DNA of 64,000 nt, from the NCBI GenBank assembly GCA_040754475.1, contig JBFMCN010000036.1:24801-88800 (forward strand), given 5' to 3'. The stretch is from Actinomycetota bacterium. GTDB lineage: Bacteria; Actinomycetota; UBA4738; HRBIN12. The notes beneath the pieces are model-generated. The model was given only the letters and a program-made list of their open reading frames with translations. It was not told where the DNA came from and made no database searches. Shown in pieces: positions 18,440-29,349 of the stretch. Positions within the stretch are counted from its first letter, which is position 1. Each line of letters begins with the position of its first letter. The position numbers and the translations under genes were made by a program.

Positions 18440-19768
18440 CTAGAGGATCGGCAGGTAGCGTTCCAGCTCGTAGGGGGTGACGTGGGACTTGTACCCATCC
18501 CACTCCTCCCGTTTGTTGCGGATCAGGAACTCGTGGACGTGGTCCCCCAGAGCATCTCGAAGGACCTTGGACTCGTCCGCCAGGTGGATTGCCTCGACCA
18601 GGTCCTCGGGCAGGGAGCAGATGCCGGCCGCCCGTCTCTCCTCCTCCGTCATCTCGTAGATGTTGTTCGAGGCCTCGGGGGGCAGCTGATAGTCGCCCTC
18701 GATGCCGGCGAGGCCGGCGGAGAGCATGGCAGCGAACGCCAGGTACGGGTTGCACGCGGGGTCGGGGGAGCGGTACTCGATCCGCGTCGCGGTCTCCTTG
18801 CCGGGCTTGTACATCGGCACGCGGACCAGCGCGGAGCGATTCCGCCGGGCCCAGCAGACGTAGACCGGCGCCTCGTAGCCGGGGACAAGGCGCTTGTACG
18901 AGTTCACCCACTGGTTCGTCACGAGCGTGATCTCGGGGGCATGACGTAGGATCCCTGCGATGTACTGCTTCGCGATCCTCGATAGGTGATACTCATCGCT
19001 CCTTTCGAAGAACGCGTTTCGGTCGCCTGAGAACAGCGACTGATGCGTGTGCATCCCGCTCCCGTTCACGCCCGACACGGGCTTCGGCATGAAGGTCGCG
19101 TAGATCCCAAACTCCTGAGCGACCTCCTTCACCGTGAGGCGATAGGTCATGACGCTGTCCGCCATCGTGAGGGCGTCCGTGTAGCGGAGGTCGATCTCGT
19201 GCTGGGACGGCGCCACCTCGTGGTGGACGTACTCGACCGGGATGCCCATGGACTCGAGGTACGTGACCGTCCGCTTCCGCCAGTCGGTCGCGACGTCCAG
19301 GGGCGTCTCGTCGAAGTACCCGCCGTGGTCCAGGAACTGCGGCTGATCGAGGCTGCGGAAGTAGAAGTACTCGAGCTCCGGTCCGACGTAGAAGGTGTAG
19401 CCCAGGTCGGCGGCTCGCTTGAGCTGGCGTTTCAGAACGTGCCGCGGATCGCCTTCGAAGGGCGTGCCGTCGGTGTTGAGGACGTCGCAGAACATCCTCG
19501 CGACCTGCGCCTCCGCCTTCCAGGGGATCAGCTGGAACGTCAAGGGATCGGGCAGCGCGACCATGTCTGACTCCTCGATCCGGGCGAATCCGTCGATCGA
19601 CGAGCCGTCGAACCCCATGCCCTCGGCGAATGCGCCCTCCAGCTCCTGCGAAGTGATCGTGAACGACTTGAGGAACCCGAGGACGTCGGTGAACCAGAGC
19701 CGGACGAAACGGATGCCGTGCTCTTCCACTGTGCGCAACACGTACTCAGCTTCTGCGGTGAGTGCCAT
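18440..19768 (-). CDS. glnA: glutamine synthetase, type I (GSI-alpha-like, GlnA2-like)
   Basis: 442 aa. [31 protein letters not shown] glutamine synthetase motifs. Confidence 0.9.
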   Translation of the reverse strand: MALTAEAEYVLRTVEEHGIRFVRLWFTDVLGFLKSFTITSQELEGAFAEGMGFDGSSIDGFARIEESDMVALPDPLTFQLIPWKAEAQVARMFCDVLNTDGTPFEGDPRHVLKRQLKRAADLGYTFYVGPELEYFYFRSLDQPQFLDHGGYFDETPLDVATDWRKRTVTYLESMGIPVEYVHHEVAPSQHEIDLRYTDALTMADSVMTYRLTVKEVAQEFGIYATFMPKPVSGVNGSGMHTHQSLFSGDRNAFFERSDEYHLSRIAKQYIAGILRHAPEITLVTNQWVNSYKRLVPGYEAPVYVCWARRNRSALVRVPMYKPGKETATRIEYRSPDPACNPYLAFAAMLSAGLAGIEGDYQLPPEASNNIYEMTEEERRAAGICSLPEDLVEAIHLADESKVLRDALGDHVHEFLIRNKREEWDGYKSHVTPYELERYLPIL

Positions 19769-19854
19769 GGCCCGCAGGCTACTACGCTGCGTGGCCGCGC
19801 GCAGTTACGGGGTCGTTAAGTCTCCGGCCCTGAGCCCGGGCGTAGGCTGGCGAT

Positions 19855-20100
19855 ATGGACGAGGAAAGGCGGTCGGGCATGCACGTCGCCGTCGCCGGCT
19901 GGATCGTGATCTTTGGAATCCTCTTCGTGTGGCAGGGGCTCGGGATGGCGAAGGGCCCGCCCTGGCTGACGGTCTCGGACATGCTCCGCTCATTCATGCG
20001 TCCGCTGGTGGGCAGGTGGGTGCTGTTCGCGCTTTGGCTGTGGCTTGGATGGCATCTGTTCGTCCGGGGCTGGGAGTTCTTCTTGCGCGGGCGGCCGTGA
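19855..20100 (+). CDS. small integral membrane protein (2 predicted TM helices)
   Basis: Hydrophobic helices VAVAGWIVIFGILFVW and WVLFALWLWLGWHLFV. Divergent from glnA. Confidence 0.4.
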   Translation: MDEERRSGMHVAVAGWIVIFGILFVWQGLGMAKGPPWLTVSDMLRSFMRPLVGRWVLFALWLWLGWHLFVRGWEFFLRGRP

Positions 20101-20438
20101 TGCTCCGGCAGGTCGTCGTACCCGTGCTCGCCGCATATCTGCTGTGTGTCGCGCTTGTCCTGTTCGGGGCGCGTCATCCGGTGAGGCGGCCGGGCTTCGG
20201 GGCGCCAGCCTTGACGCGGGACCGTCTGCCCGGCTTGCTTCGATACCTTGCGCGGCTCGAGATCGGAGGCTACGCGGTCCTCCTCCTCATCATTGCCGTC
20301 TTCAGCGTGCTGATCGTCGGCGACCGGGAAGCCCTTTGGAGCGCGACGTGGAGCGGGGCCTTCCTGCTCCTCGTTGCGACGCCCGTGTTCGTCGCGCTCT
20401 CGGCGTTGGCGGGGCGGCAGAATCACCGTTCGATCTGA
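20100..20438 (+). CDS. small integral membrane protein (3 predicted TM helices)
   Basis: ATGA overlap with the previous ORF. Three hydrophobic spans. Immediately precedes glnE. Confidence 0.4.
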   Translation: MLRQVVVPVLAAYLLCVALVLFGARHPVRRPGFGAPALTRDRLPGLLRYLARLEIGGYAVLLLIIAVFSVLIVGDREALWSATWSGAFLLLVATPVFVALSALAGRQNHRSI

Positions 20439-20471
20439 CGGGGTTCGGGGTGAAGCGGGCATGATGGGTCC

Positions 20472-23120
20472 GTGATCATGTCGGAGACGCTCAGGCGAGC
20501 GCTGGCCGAGGCGCCCGATCCGGAACTTGCGAGCTTGGCGGTATCTCGAGTGGGTGAGGACCCACGTGCGTACGAGGTTCTCATGCGCGAGGGCGTGCTG
20601 CCGCTGGCCGTCCAACTGCTCGGGTTCTCGACCGCGGCTGCGGACTTCCTCGTAGCACACCCCGATGAAGCGGGGGCCCTCGTGGACGTGCGCCCGCGCC
20701 TGCTGCCACAGCTCGCCGCCGAGCTCCGTGGCGACGTGGATCGGCTGGGCTTCGTTGCCGGCCTCCGCCTGTTCCGTCGGCGGGCGATGCTTCGGGTCGC
20801 CGCGCGCGATCTCGCCGGGGCGCGTTTCGAGGAGATCGTCGAGGAGATCAGCGATGTCGCGGAGGTCTGCCTGGATGAAGCGTGCCGGAGCGTGGCGGCC
20901 CTTGGGCTTGCGGTGGTGGGGCTGGGGAAGCTGGGCGGTAGGGAGCTCAACTACGCATCGGACGTTGACGTCGTCTTCCTCCACGAGGGGAGTGGGGGCA
21001 CGCGACAGGAGGAGGCTGGGCACGCGGTCGAGGAGATGATCAGGCTCCTGTCCGAGCCGACGTCCGAGGGCATCGCGCTCCGCGTCGATACCGCCCTTCG
21101 GCCGGGTGGCTACGGGTCCCCGCTCGCTCGGTCGCTCGATGCGATGCGTGAGTACTACGCGAGCCAGGCCGCGACATGGGAGCGGCAGGCACTCATCAAG
21201 GCGAGGCCAATCGCCGGCGACCGCTTCCTCGGCGAGGCGTTCGTCGAGATGGTCGCGCCGTTCGTCTACCCGGCGGAGCTCGCACCCGAGGCGATCAACG
21301 AAGTGCGCCGGGTGAAGGTAAGGCTGGAGGAGTACGTGCGCGCTCGCGGCAAAGCCGATATCGAGGTCAAACGCGGGTGGGGAGGGATCCGCGACGTCGA
21401 GTTCGCGGTGCAGCTCCTTCAGATCGTCCACGGCCGGCGAGACGAGCGCCTGCGTCAGCCGAACACTCTCCGCGCCCTCGCGACGCTTGCCGAGGAGGGG
21501 TATGTCGCCGAGTCCGATGCCGAGGCGCTGGCTGGTGCATATCGATTTCTGAGGACCCTCGAGCACCGGTTGCAGATGGTTCGGGACCTCCAGACCCATG
21601 AGCTACCTGCCGACAGCGCGTCTCGCCGCCGTCTCGCGCGCTCGCTGGGGCTGGAGGGGCCGGAGGCTCTGCAGGCCGAGTATGAGCGCAAGACGACTCT
21701 CGTTCGGGGGCTGCACGAACGCCTCTTCTATCGACCTCTCCTGGAGGCCTTCGCAGGTCCAAGGTTGCCGCGACCCGGCGTCGAGCGGGAGGCGACCGAG
21801 GAGCTGCTCGCGGGGCTCGGGTTTCGTCGGCCCTCGGCCGCCTACGAGGTCCTGGACAGGCTGGTCGACCCATCGACGCGCCTCGGGAAAGTGCTTGCCC
21901 ACGTGTTCCCGGTTATGGCACCGGCGCTTGCCCTGGCGTCGAATCCCGATGCGGCGCTCGTACGGCTCGAGCGCGTTACGGAGGCGCTCGAGGACGGTCG
22001 AGACGTCGCAGATGCCCTCGCGACCGATCCGGGAGCGGCTCGGCGACTGGCCAACACCGTGTCGGCGAGCTCATTCGCCACCGATCTCCTCGTGTCGCGG
22101 CCGGCTCGAGTGCTCTCGCTGGAGGAGCGCGCCGAAGACGTGGACGCCGCAGGAGCGCTCGTGTCGGTCGTCGGCCGGTGGGCGGCCCGCGAGCTTGATC
22201 CGAGGGATAGCGGCCGGGCGCTCGCGGCCGTGGCCGATCGCGTCGTGCGCGAGGCAGTCGAGGCCGCCGAGGCCGATCTCTCGTTCGCGGTGATCGGCCT
22301 GGGCAAGCTCGGCGCGGAGGAGCTGAACTTCGCATCGGACCTCGACGTGGTGTTCGTCTACGAAGGTGAGGGACCCGACGATTTCCGACGGGCCGCCGAC
22401 GTTGGCGAACGCGTGCTGGCCGGGATCCGCGACGCAGGGTGGGAGCCCGACGCTCGCCTACGCCCCGAGGGACGGGCGGGACCCCTCGCACGCTCGTTCA
22501 CGGCGTTCGTCGAATACTGGCAGCGGTACGCGCAGACCTGGGAGTTTCAGACGCTGCTCCGCGCGCGGTTCGTCGCGGGGGATGAGGCGCTCGGGCAACG
22601 CTTCTGCTCGTTCGCTGAGCGCTTCGCATACCCGGAGCGGCTGTCGATCGATCAGGTGGCGGAGATTCGCCGCATGCGCGAGCGTATCGAGCGCGAACGC
22701 GTCGGGCCGGTCGACGCCGGAACGTTCCACTTCAAGCTCGGATACGGTTCGCTTGCCGATGTGCAGTTCGCAGTGGAGCTATCACTGATGCGGCACGGTA
22801 TCGAGTTCCCAGAGGTCCGAGCAAGGAGCACGCTGGACGCGGTCGAGAGGCTGGCCCGAACGCGGCTCATGGAGGACAGCGTGGCCATGGCACTCGCCGA
22901 GGCGTTCGTGTTCCTCTCCGATGTCAAGAACGCGCTCGAAGTCGATCGGCGCGTGCACGCGGAGTCTGTTCCGCCCTCACCGGAGGAGCAGACGGCGCTC
23001 GCGCGGAGGCTCGGCTACGAGGAGTACCCGCGGCAGAGCTTCCTCGAGGACTACCGGAGGATCGCGCGGCGCGCACGTCGCGCGATGGAGCGCGTCTTCG
23101 CCGAGATCGACGAGCCCTGA
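20472..23120 (+). CDS. glnE: bifunctional glutamine synthetase adenylyltransferase/adenylyl-removing enzyme
   Basis: 882 aa with two nucleotidyltransferase modules (GKLGGRELNYASDVDVVF and GKLGAEELNFASDLDVVF). Confidence 0.9.
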   Translation: MIMSETLRRALAEAPDPELASLAVSRVGEDPRAYEVLMREGVLPLAVQLLGFSTAAADFLVAHPDEAGALVDVRPRLLPQLAAELRGDVDRLGFVAGLRLFRRRAMLRVAARDLAGARFEEIVEEISDVAEVCLDEACRSVAALGLAVVGLGKLGGRELNYASDVDVVFLHEGSGGTRQEEAGHAVEEMIRLLSEPTSEGIALRVDTALRPGGYGSPLARSLDAMREYYASQAATWERQALIKARPIAGDRFLGEAFVEMVAPFVYPAELAPEAINEVRRVKVRLEEYVRARGKADIEVKRGWGGIRDVEFAVQLLQIVHGRRDERLRQPNTLRALATLAEEGYVAESDAEALAGAYRFLRTLEHRLQMVRDLQTHELPADSASRRRLARSLGLEGPEALQAEYERKTTLVRGLHERLFYRPLLEAFAGPRLPRPGVEREATEELLAGLGFRRPSAAYEVLDRLVDPSTRLGKVLAHVFPVMAPALALASNPDAALVRLERVTEALEDGRDVADALATDPGAARRLANTVSASSFATDLLVSRPARVLSLEERAEDVDAAGALVSVVGRWAARELDPRDSGRALAAVADRVVREAVEAAEADLSFAVIGLGKLGAEELNFASDLDVVFVYEGEGPDDFRRAADVGERVLAGIRDAGWEPDARLRPEGRAGPLARSFTAFVEYWQRYAQTWEFQTLLRARFVAGDEALGQRFCSFAERFAYPERLSIDQVAEIRRMRERIERERVGPVDAGTFHFKLGYGSLADVQFAVELSLMRHGIEFPEVRARSTLDAVERLARTRLMEDSVAMALAEAFVFLSDVKNALEVDRRVHAESVPPSPEEQTALARRLGYEEYPRQSFLEDYRRIARRARRAMERVFAEIDEP

Positions 23121-23126
23121 GACCGG

Positions 23127-24347
23127 TCAGGCCGGGCGGCCAGCCTCGTCGAGCACGCCGAGGACTCGCTCGAGCGCCCAGTCCAGGTCCTCCTCGCTGA
23201 TCACGAGGGGTGGAGCCAGGCGGATCGTGGTCTCGTGCGTGTCCTTTGCCAGGACACCTCGCCCGAGCAAGGTCTCGCAGTGGGCGCGCGCCGGGACGGC
23301 TTCGGGCGCGATCTCGATCCCCGCCCACAGTCCGCGGCCCCGGACCTCGGTGACCGCCGCAAGCCCAGCCTCGCGGAGCGTCCTCAGCATGTGCTCGCCG
23401 AGCTTCTTCGATCGCTCCTGAAGCTCACCGGTCTTCACGATCTCCACCACTTCGCGCCCGATCGCGCAGGCGAAGGGGTTCCCACCGAAGGTGGACCCGT
23501 GGGTCCCCGGCGTGAGGACGCCGAGGACGTCCGAGTTCGCAACGACGGCCGAGAGCGGCACGATCCCGCCCCCGAGGGCCTTGCCGAGGATGTACACGTC
23601 CGGCACGACGTCCTCGTGCTCACAGGCGAACGTCGAGCCTGTGCGACCGAGGGCGGTCTGGATCTCGTCGGCGATCATCAGAACGCCGTGCCGGGTGCAT
23701 GCCTCACGGACCTCCCGTAGGTAGCCGTCGGGGGGGACGATGACGCCCGCCTCGCCCTGGATGGGCTCGACGAGGAAGGCGACGACGTCGTCGTCGATCA
23801 CTGCTTCGAACGCTTGGGAATCCCCGTACGGGACCGTTACGAATCCGGGCATGAACGGGCCGAATCCCCGCTTGGCCAAGGGGTCGGTCGAGAAGCTGAT
23901 GATCGTCGTCGTTCGGCCGTGGAAGTTCCGCTCGCAGGTGACGATCTTCGCCCGGCCGTCGGGGACGCCCTTCTTCTCGTGGCCCCACTTGCGCGCGGTC
24001 TTGATCGCGGTCTCGACGCCCTCGGCGCCGGAGTTCATGGGCAGGACCATCTCCTTCCCGCAGAGATCCGCGAGGTCGCGGATGAACGGTCCGATCTGGT
24101 CGTTGTGGAACGCGCGGCTCGTGAGCGTGAGCCGGTCCAACTGGGCCTTGGCTGCCTGGACGATGGCCGGGTGCCGGTGCCCGAGATTCATAGCGGAGTA
24201 GGCGGACAGCATGTCGAGATAGCGTTTGCCCTCGACGTCGGTGACCCAGGCGCCCTCTCCGGTCGCGACCACCACGGGAAGCGGGTAGTAGTTGGGCGCC
24301 GAGTACCTCTCGACGAGCTCGATCTCCTGCCGCGCCAGATCCGCCAT
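23127..24347 (-). CDS. rocD: ornithine--oxo-acid aminotransferase (class III PLP aminotransferase)
   Basis: RKWGHEK...IVTCERNFHGRTTTIISFSTDP is the OAT signature, with a PLP lysine region. Confidence 0.85.
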   Translation of the reverse strand: MADLARQEIELVERYSAPNYYPLPVVVATGEGAWVTDVEGKRYLDMLSAYSAMNLGHRHPAIVQAAKAQLDRLTLTSRAFHNDQIGPFIRDLADLCGKEMVLPMNSGAEGVETAIKTARKWGHEKKGVPDGRAKIVTCERNFHGRTTTIISFSTDPLAKRGFGPFMPGFVTVPYGDSQAFEAVIDDDVVAFLVEPIQGEAGVIVPPDGYLREVREACTRHGVLMIADEIQTALGRTGSTFACEHEDVVPDVYILGKALGGGIVPLSAVVANSDVLGVLTPGTHGSTFGGNPFACAIGREVVEIVKTGELQERSKKLGEHMLRTLREAGLAAVTEVRGRGLWAGIEIAPEAVPARAHCETLLGRGVLAKDTHETTIRLAPPLVISEEDLDWALERVLGVLDEAGRPA

Positions 24348-24409
24348 GGGAAGCCTCCTTGCTCGCTCTGCCAGCCATCATACGGGGGGCGGGCGGTGCC
24401 CTCTCCGGG

Positions 24410-25303
24410 TCAGATGCCGTCGATCGCGCGCGGCTCCAGGCGAGGCCCGAACGCCGGGGCCCGGGCCCCGCTGACGCGCAGGAGGCGCTGGACACGACCG
24501 CGGTGCGGGCGGTACGGCTCGAGCAGCTCGAGCATCCGCGCGTCGGTGCCACGCGCCTCGCCGGCCAGGATCCAGCTGACGACGTGTGGCAGGTGGAAGT
24601 CGCCCACCGAAACGGCGTCTGCGTCGCCGAGCGCGACCCGCGACACCTCCGCGATCGTCCAGGATCCGATGCCCGGGAACGAGGCCAGACGGGCGCGGGC
24701 CTCCTCGAGCCGCAGCGCCCCATCGTCGAGCCAAGACGCTCTTGCACAGACCGCGCGAAGGGTCTCGGCGCGTCGGCGCTCGATCCCGAACGGATGGAAC
24801 GCGAAGTAGGGGAGCTCGGCAACCCGTGCCGGATCCGGCGGAAGGGAAAGCCCGGCGGGGCCCGGCGCCGGCTCGGCCAGGGTCCTCGCAAGGCGTCCGT
24901 AGGCGCGGTGGGCGTCGGAGGCTGTGACCTTCTGCTCAAGGATCACCGGTATCAGGGCCTCGGTCACGAGTCCCGTACGAGGGATCCGGAGGCCCGGATG
25001 CCGTCGCCGGAGGTCGCAGATCGGCCCCGGCGGCGGATCGAAGCCGGTGTCGTCGTCGAGCGCCCCACACCACGCCGGCGCGTGCTCCCAGAACCACTCC
25101 GCGCCCGGGCCCCACGTTTCGATCTCGACACCGCGGTCTGTTGCCGTCAGGTGTGCCGTGACCGGGCCGCACGGTGTCCTCGACGCGCGCCACAGGTCGG
25201 TCGAGCCGAGAAGCGTCGCCGGATCGCCCTGGCCGTGCTTGAGGGGAGCGAGCGTTCTAGCGATATCGATCGGGGATGGGATCGGGATGAACCGGGACAC
25301 CAC
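24410..25303 (-). CDS. DNA-3-methyladenine glycosylase II family protein (HhH-GPD)
   Basis: HhH-GPD motif FPGIGSWTIAEVSRVALGDADAVSVGDF with catalytic Asp. Confidence 0.75.
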   Translation of the reverse strand: MVSRFIPIPSPIDIARTLAPLKHGQGDPATLLGSTDLWRASRTPCGPVTAHLTATDRGVEIETWGPGAEWFWEHAPAWCGALDDDTGFDPPPGPICDLRRRHPGLRIPRTGLVTEALIPVILEQKVTASDAHRAYGRLARTLAEPAPGPAGLSLPPDPARVAELPYFAFHPFGIERRRAETLRAVCARASWLDDGALRLEEARARLASFPGIGSWTIAEVSRVALGDADAVSVGDFHLPHVVSWILAGEARGTDARMLELLEPYRPHRGRVQRLLRVSGARAPAFGPRLEPRAIDGI

Positions 25304-25374
25304 GAACTGAGGCTACCTCGCCGCGCGGACGGTCCTAAGGTAGCTTCGCAACTACTCGAACCGGGCGGAGGGAT

Positions 25375-26277
25375 ATGGCGACGGCCATCCGCGCCGAGGG
25401 TCTCTCAAAGACCTTCGGCAAGACCGAGGCGCTCGTGTCTTTGAACCTCGAGGTGCCCGAGGGAGAGGTGCTCGGGTACCTAGGCCCGAACGGCGCCGGC
25501 AAGACCACGACGATCCGACTCTTCCTCGGCCTGATCCGGGCAACGGCCGGCCGGGCCGAGATCTTCGGTATCGACGCGCAGGCCGATCCAGTCGAGGCGC
25601 ACAAGCGCGTGGCGTACGTTCCGGGCGAGGCAAGCCTGTGGCCTGCGCTCACGGGGACGGAGACCCTGCACCTGCTCGGGCGTGTACAGGGGCGCGTCGA
25701 CACGGCCTACAGGGATCTTCTGATCGAGCGGTTCGAGTTCGATTCCTCCAAGAAGGTTCGTGCGCTCTCGAAGGGCAACCGGCAGAAGCTCATTCTGATC
25801 GCCGGCCTCATGACCCGGGCGGACCTCCTGCTGCTCGACGAGCCGACGGCCGGGCTGGACCCCCTCATGGAGCGTGCCTTCCGGGAGTGCGTCGAGGAGG
25901 CGCGCGGGCGCGGGCAGACTGTCTTCCTCTCCTCGCACATCCTGGCGGAGGTCGAAGCGGTCTGCGACCGTATCGCGATCCTGCGCGAGGGCCACCTCGT
26001 GGAGGTGGGAACGCTTGCCGAGATGCGTCACCTCTCTGCGCTCTCGGTCGAGGCCGAGCTCCACGGCTCCGTACCCGACCTGTCGAGCGTCCCCGGCGTG
26101 GCGGCCGTCGAGGTCGACGGCAACCGGGTTCGCTGCCAGGTGACGGGTTCGGTCGAGCCGCTGCTCCGCGTCCTCACCCGGGCCGGGGTGCGCCACCTCG
26201 TGAGCAGGGAGCCGTCGCTCGAGGAGCTCTTCCTGGCTCACTACGGCGCGGGGGAGGGATCGCCCGATGCGAAGTAG
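25375..26277 (+). CDS. ABC transporter ATP-binding protein
   Basis: Walker A GPNGAGKTT, signature LSKGNRQKL, Walker B LLLLDEPTAGLD. Confidence 0.9.
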   Translation: MATAIRAEGLSKTFGKTEALVSLNLEVPEGEVLGYLGPNGAGKTTTIRLFLGLIRATAGRAEIFGIDAQADPVEAHKRVAYVPGEASLWPALTGTETLHLLGRVQGRVDTAYRDLLIERFEFDSSKKVRALSKGNRQKLILIAGLMTRADLLLLDEPTAGLDPLMERAFRECVEEARGRGQTVFLSSHILAEVEAVCDRIAILREGHLVEVGTLAEMRHLSALSVEAELHGSVPDLSSVPGVAAVEVDGNRVRCQVTGSVEPLLRVLTRAGVRHLVSREPSLEELFLAHYGAGEGSPDAK

Positions 26278-27901
26278 GGGCGTGTATGGCGAGAGGCGCG
26301 CCCGCCGGGTCGTGGCGGCCGCGACCGCCCGGTGGGCAGGTCGGCAGGGGTTGCTGTGGGGCCTACTGTTCGGGGCGACGATCGCGGCGTCCGCGAGCAC
26401 GTACTCCTCCAGCTACCCAACGGAGGCCGCGCGGGCGAAGATAGCGCTCGTCTTCGAGGGGAACACGGCGTGGGAGGCCCTGTTCGGCCCTATCCGCCAC
26501 CTCGACACCGTGGCCGGCTTCACCGCGTACAAGTCGGGCATGTTCACCGTCATCCTGGGAGGAATCTGGGGGCTGCTCGTCGCGACGCGCATGCTCCGCG
26601 GGGAAGAGGAGACCGGCCGGTGGGAGCTGTACGTCGCCGGCCACACGACTCGCGCCCGGGCCGCGGCCCAGGCCGCGATCGGGCTGGGCGTGGGGGTCAT
26701 CGCGCTCTGGGTTCCGACGGCGCTGCTCACCGCCGCCACCGGGGCGTCTGAGAACGTGGGGATCGGGCTCGGGGCGTCGCTGTTCTTCGCCACGTCGGTG
26801 GTGGCCGCGGCCGCGATGTTCATGGCGATCGGGCTATTCGTCGGTCAACTCGCCGCCACCAGGCACGACGCCAACCTGATCGGTGCCGCGGTGCTGGCCG
26901 GCTCCTACCTGGTCAGGATGGCCGCGGACTCCGACGCAACCCTCGCCTGGCTGCGGTGGGCGAGCCCGCTCGGCTGGATCGAAGAGCTCCGGCCGCTCAC
27001 CGGGTCAAGGCCGATCGCGCTCATCCCAATTGCCGTGCTCGTCCTCGGACTCTCGGTCGCCGCGGTGGCGGTGGCGAGCCGGCGGGACCTGGGCGCAAGC
27101 GCGCTCTCCAGTCGGGACGCGCCCAAGCCGCGAACGCTTCTGCTGGGCGGCCAGGCGGGCCTGACGATCCGACTCACGCGCTGGACGATCGTCGCCTGGG
27201 TGGCGGCTCTTACCGTGACCGGCCTCGTGCTGGGGCTTGTCGCCCAAGCGGCAGGGACGGCGCTGCGCGGAGCCCAGGGCCTGGAGGAGGCTATCCAGCG
27301 CCTGGGGGCGACCGGCGGTGGGGCGGCCGCGTACCTCGGTTTCGTATTCCTGCTGGCGGCTGGGCTGGTCGCGATCGCAGTCGCAGGCCAGGTCGCGGGG
27401 ATCCGCAACGAGGAGGCTTCGGGGCACCTTGAGAACCTGCTGGTCCGCCCGGTCGCCCGCTGGCGGTGGCTGGGGGTGCGCCTCGGGGTCGGTCTGGGGC
27501 TCGTTGTTCTGACGAGCGCCTTCGCGGGCGTCGCCGCCTGGGTCGGCGCCCTGAGCCAGCACGCCGGTGTCTCGTTCAGCGAGCTCCTGAAGGCCGGACT
27601 GAACGTCGTCCCGCCGGCCGTCTTCATCCTCGGGGTGGGAGCTCTCGCCTACGGCCTCTGGCCTCGCGGCGCGATCGGCGTCGCCTACGGCCTGGTCGTC
27701 TGGTCGTTCTTCGTCGAGATCATCTCCGCGGTGTTCGATTCCAACCATTGGCTGCGCGACACGTCGCCTCTTCTGCACATGGCCCCCGTGCCGGCCGCCG
27801 ATCCGAACGTGACCGCAGCGGTCTGGCTCTTGGTCCTCGGCCTGCTTGCCGCGGCCGTCGGGACCGCATCGTTCGGCAGGCGGGATCTGGTGGGCGCCTG
27901 A
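26267..27901 (+). CDS. ABC transporter permease (ABC-2 type, about 12 TM helices)
   Basis: 544-aa polytopic hydrophobic protein. 11-nt overlap with the ATPase gene. Confidence 0.75.
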   Translation: MRSRGVYGERRARRVVAAATARWAGRQGLLWGLLFGATIAASASTYSSSYPTEAARAKIALVFEGNTAWEALFGPIRHLDTVAGFTAYKSGMFTVILGGIWGLLVATRMLRGEEETGRWELYVAGHTTRARAAAQAAIGLGVGVIALWVPTALLTAATGASENVGIGLGASLFFATSVVAAAAMFMAIGLFVGQLAATRHDANLIGAAVLAGSYLVRMAADSDATLAWLRWASPLGWIEELRPLTGSRPIALIPIAVLVLGLSVAAVAVASRRDLGASALSSRDAPKPRTLLLGGQAGLTIRLTRWTIVAWVAALTVTGLVLGLVAQAAGTALRGAQGLEEAIQRLGATGGGAAAYLGFVFLLAAGLVAIAVAGQVAGIRNEEASGHLENLLVRPVARWRWLGVRLGVGLGLVVLTSAFAGVAAWVGALSQHAGVSFSELLKAGLNVVPPAVFILGVGALAYGLWPRGAIGVAYGLVVWSFFVEIISAVFDSNHWLRDTSPLLHMAPVPAADPNVTAAVWLLVLGLLAAAVGTASFGRRDLVGA

Positions 27902-27918
27902 CCTCAGCCGTTCCCGGA

Positions 27919-29349
27919 TCAGATGTCGTAGTACAGCGCGAACTCGTGGGGGTGCGGGCGCAGCCGCACCTGGTCGAGCTCGTGCAAGCGCTTGTACTCG
28001 ATCCAGGTGTCGATCACGTCCTGCGTGAACACACCGCCCTCCAGCAGCCACTGGTGATCCGCCTCGAGCGCGTTGAGCACCTCCTCGAGCGAGCCCGGGA
28101 CCTGCTTCACCAACGCCTTCTCCTCGGGCGGCAGGTCGTAGAGGTCCTTGTCCATCGGCTCGGGCGGCTCGATCTTGTTCTTGATGCCGTCGAGCCCGGC
28201 CTGAAGCATCGCGGCAAAGGCAAGGTACGGGTTGCAGGAGGGGTCAGGCGACCGGAACTCGAGGCGCTTCGCCGCCGGAGTCTTGTGGTACAGAGGTATG
28301 CGAACGCACGCGCTCCGATTGCGCTGCGAGTACACGAGGTTGATGGGCGCCTCGTAGCCCGGCACGAGGCGGCGGTAGGAGTTCGTCGTCGGAGCGCTGA
28401 AGGCGAGCAGCGAGGGCGCGTGCTCCAGCAGTCCGCCGATGTACCAACGCGCCGAGTCGCTGAGGCCCGCATACCCGACCTCGTCCCAGAACAGGTTCTC
28501 GTCGTCCCGCCACAGACTCTGGTGGGTGTGCATGCCGGAGCCGTTGTCCATGAATATGGGCTTCGGCATGAACGTCACGGTCTTGCCGCGGCGCCGGGCG
28601 GTGTTCTTGACGATGTACTTGTACTTCATGACGTTGTCGGCGGCGCGCAGCAGGGTGGCGTAGCGCATGTCGATCTCTGCCTGACCCGCCGTGCCGACCT
28701 CGTGGTGGTGAACTTCGATCTGGATGCCGACCTTCTCCAGGTTGAGCACCATCTCCGTGCGCAGGTCCTGGAAGTGGTCCATGGGGGGAAGCGGGAAGTA
28801 GCCCTCCTTGTACCGGGGCTTGTAGCCGCGGTTCGGCTCGCCGTCCAGCTCGCGCTCGCGGCCCGAATTCCACACTCCCTCGACGGCGTCGATGTGGTAG
28901 TAGCCCTCGTGCTGGTTCTGGTCGAAGCGGACCGAGTCGAAGATGTAGAACTCGCACTCCGGTCCCCAGTAGGAGATGTCGGCGATACCGGTCTGCTTGA
29001 GGTACAGCTCGGCCTTGCGCGCTATGGACCTCGGGTCGCGGCTGTACATCTCACCGGTCACGGGATCCTTCACGAAGCAGTGCAGGGCGAGCGTGGGGTG
29101 CTCGGTGAAGGGATCGATGAACGCCGTGTCCGGGTCCGGGACCAGGAGCATGTCGGACTCCTGGATCTCCTGAAACCCCCGGATCGACGAGCCGTCGAAG
29201 CCGTATCCGTCGTCGAAGCCCGCCTCGCTCAGCTCGGCGATCGGGACGGAGAAGTGTTGCATGAGCCCGGGCAGGTCGCAGAATCGGAAATCGGCGATCT
29301 CGGCTCCCACGTCCTTGGCCAGGGCGAGGACGTCCTTCGGCGTTGCCAC
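27919..29349 (-). CDS. glnA: glutamine synthetase, type I (GSI-beta, GlnA1-like)
   Basis: [12 protein letters not shown]...[33 protein letters not shown] start with SD AGGAAGGGGG preferred over the upstream ATG of ORF 27919..29382. Confidence 0.9.
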   Translation of the reverse strand: MATPKDVLALAKDVGAEIADFRFCDLPGLMQHFSVPIAELSEAGFDDGYGFDGSSIRGFQEIQESDMLLVPDPDTAFIDPFTEHPTLALHCFVKDPVTGEMYSRDPRSIARKAELYLKQTGIADISYWGPECEFYIFDSVRFDQNQHEGYYHIDAVEGVWNSGRERELDGEPNRGYKPRYKEGYFPLPPMDHFQDLRTEMVLNLEKVGIQIEVHHHEVGTAGQAEIDMRYATLLRAADNVMKYKYIVKNTARRRGKTVTFMPKPIFMDNGSGMHTHQSLWRDDENLFWDEVGYAGLSDSARWYIGGLLEHAPSLLAFSAPTTNSYRRLVPGYEAPINLVYSQRNRSACVRIPLYHKTPAAKRLEFRSPDPSCNPYLAFAAMLQAGLDGIKNKIEPPEPMDKDLYDLPPEEKALVKQVPGSLEEVLNALEADHQWLLEGGVFTQDVIDTWIEYKRLHELDQVRLRPHPHEFALYYDI

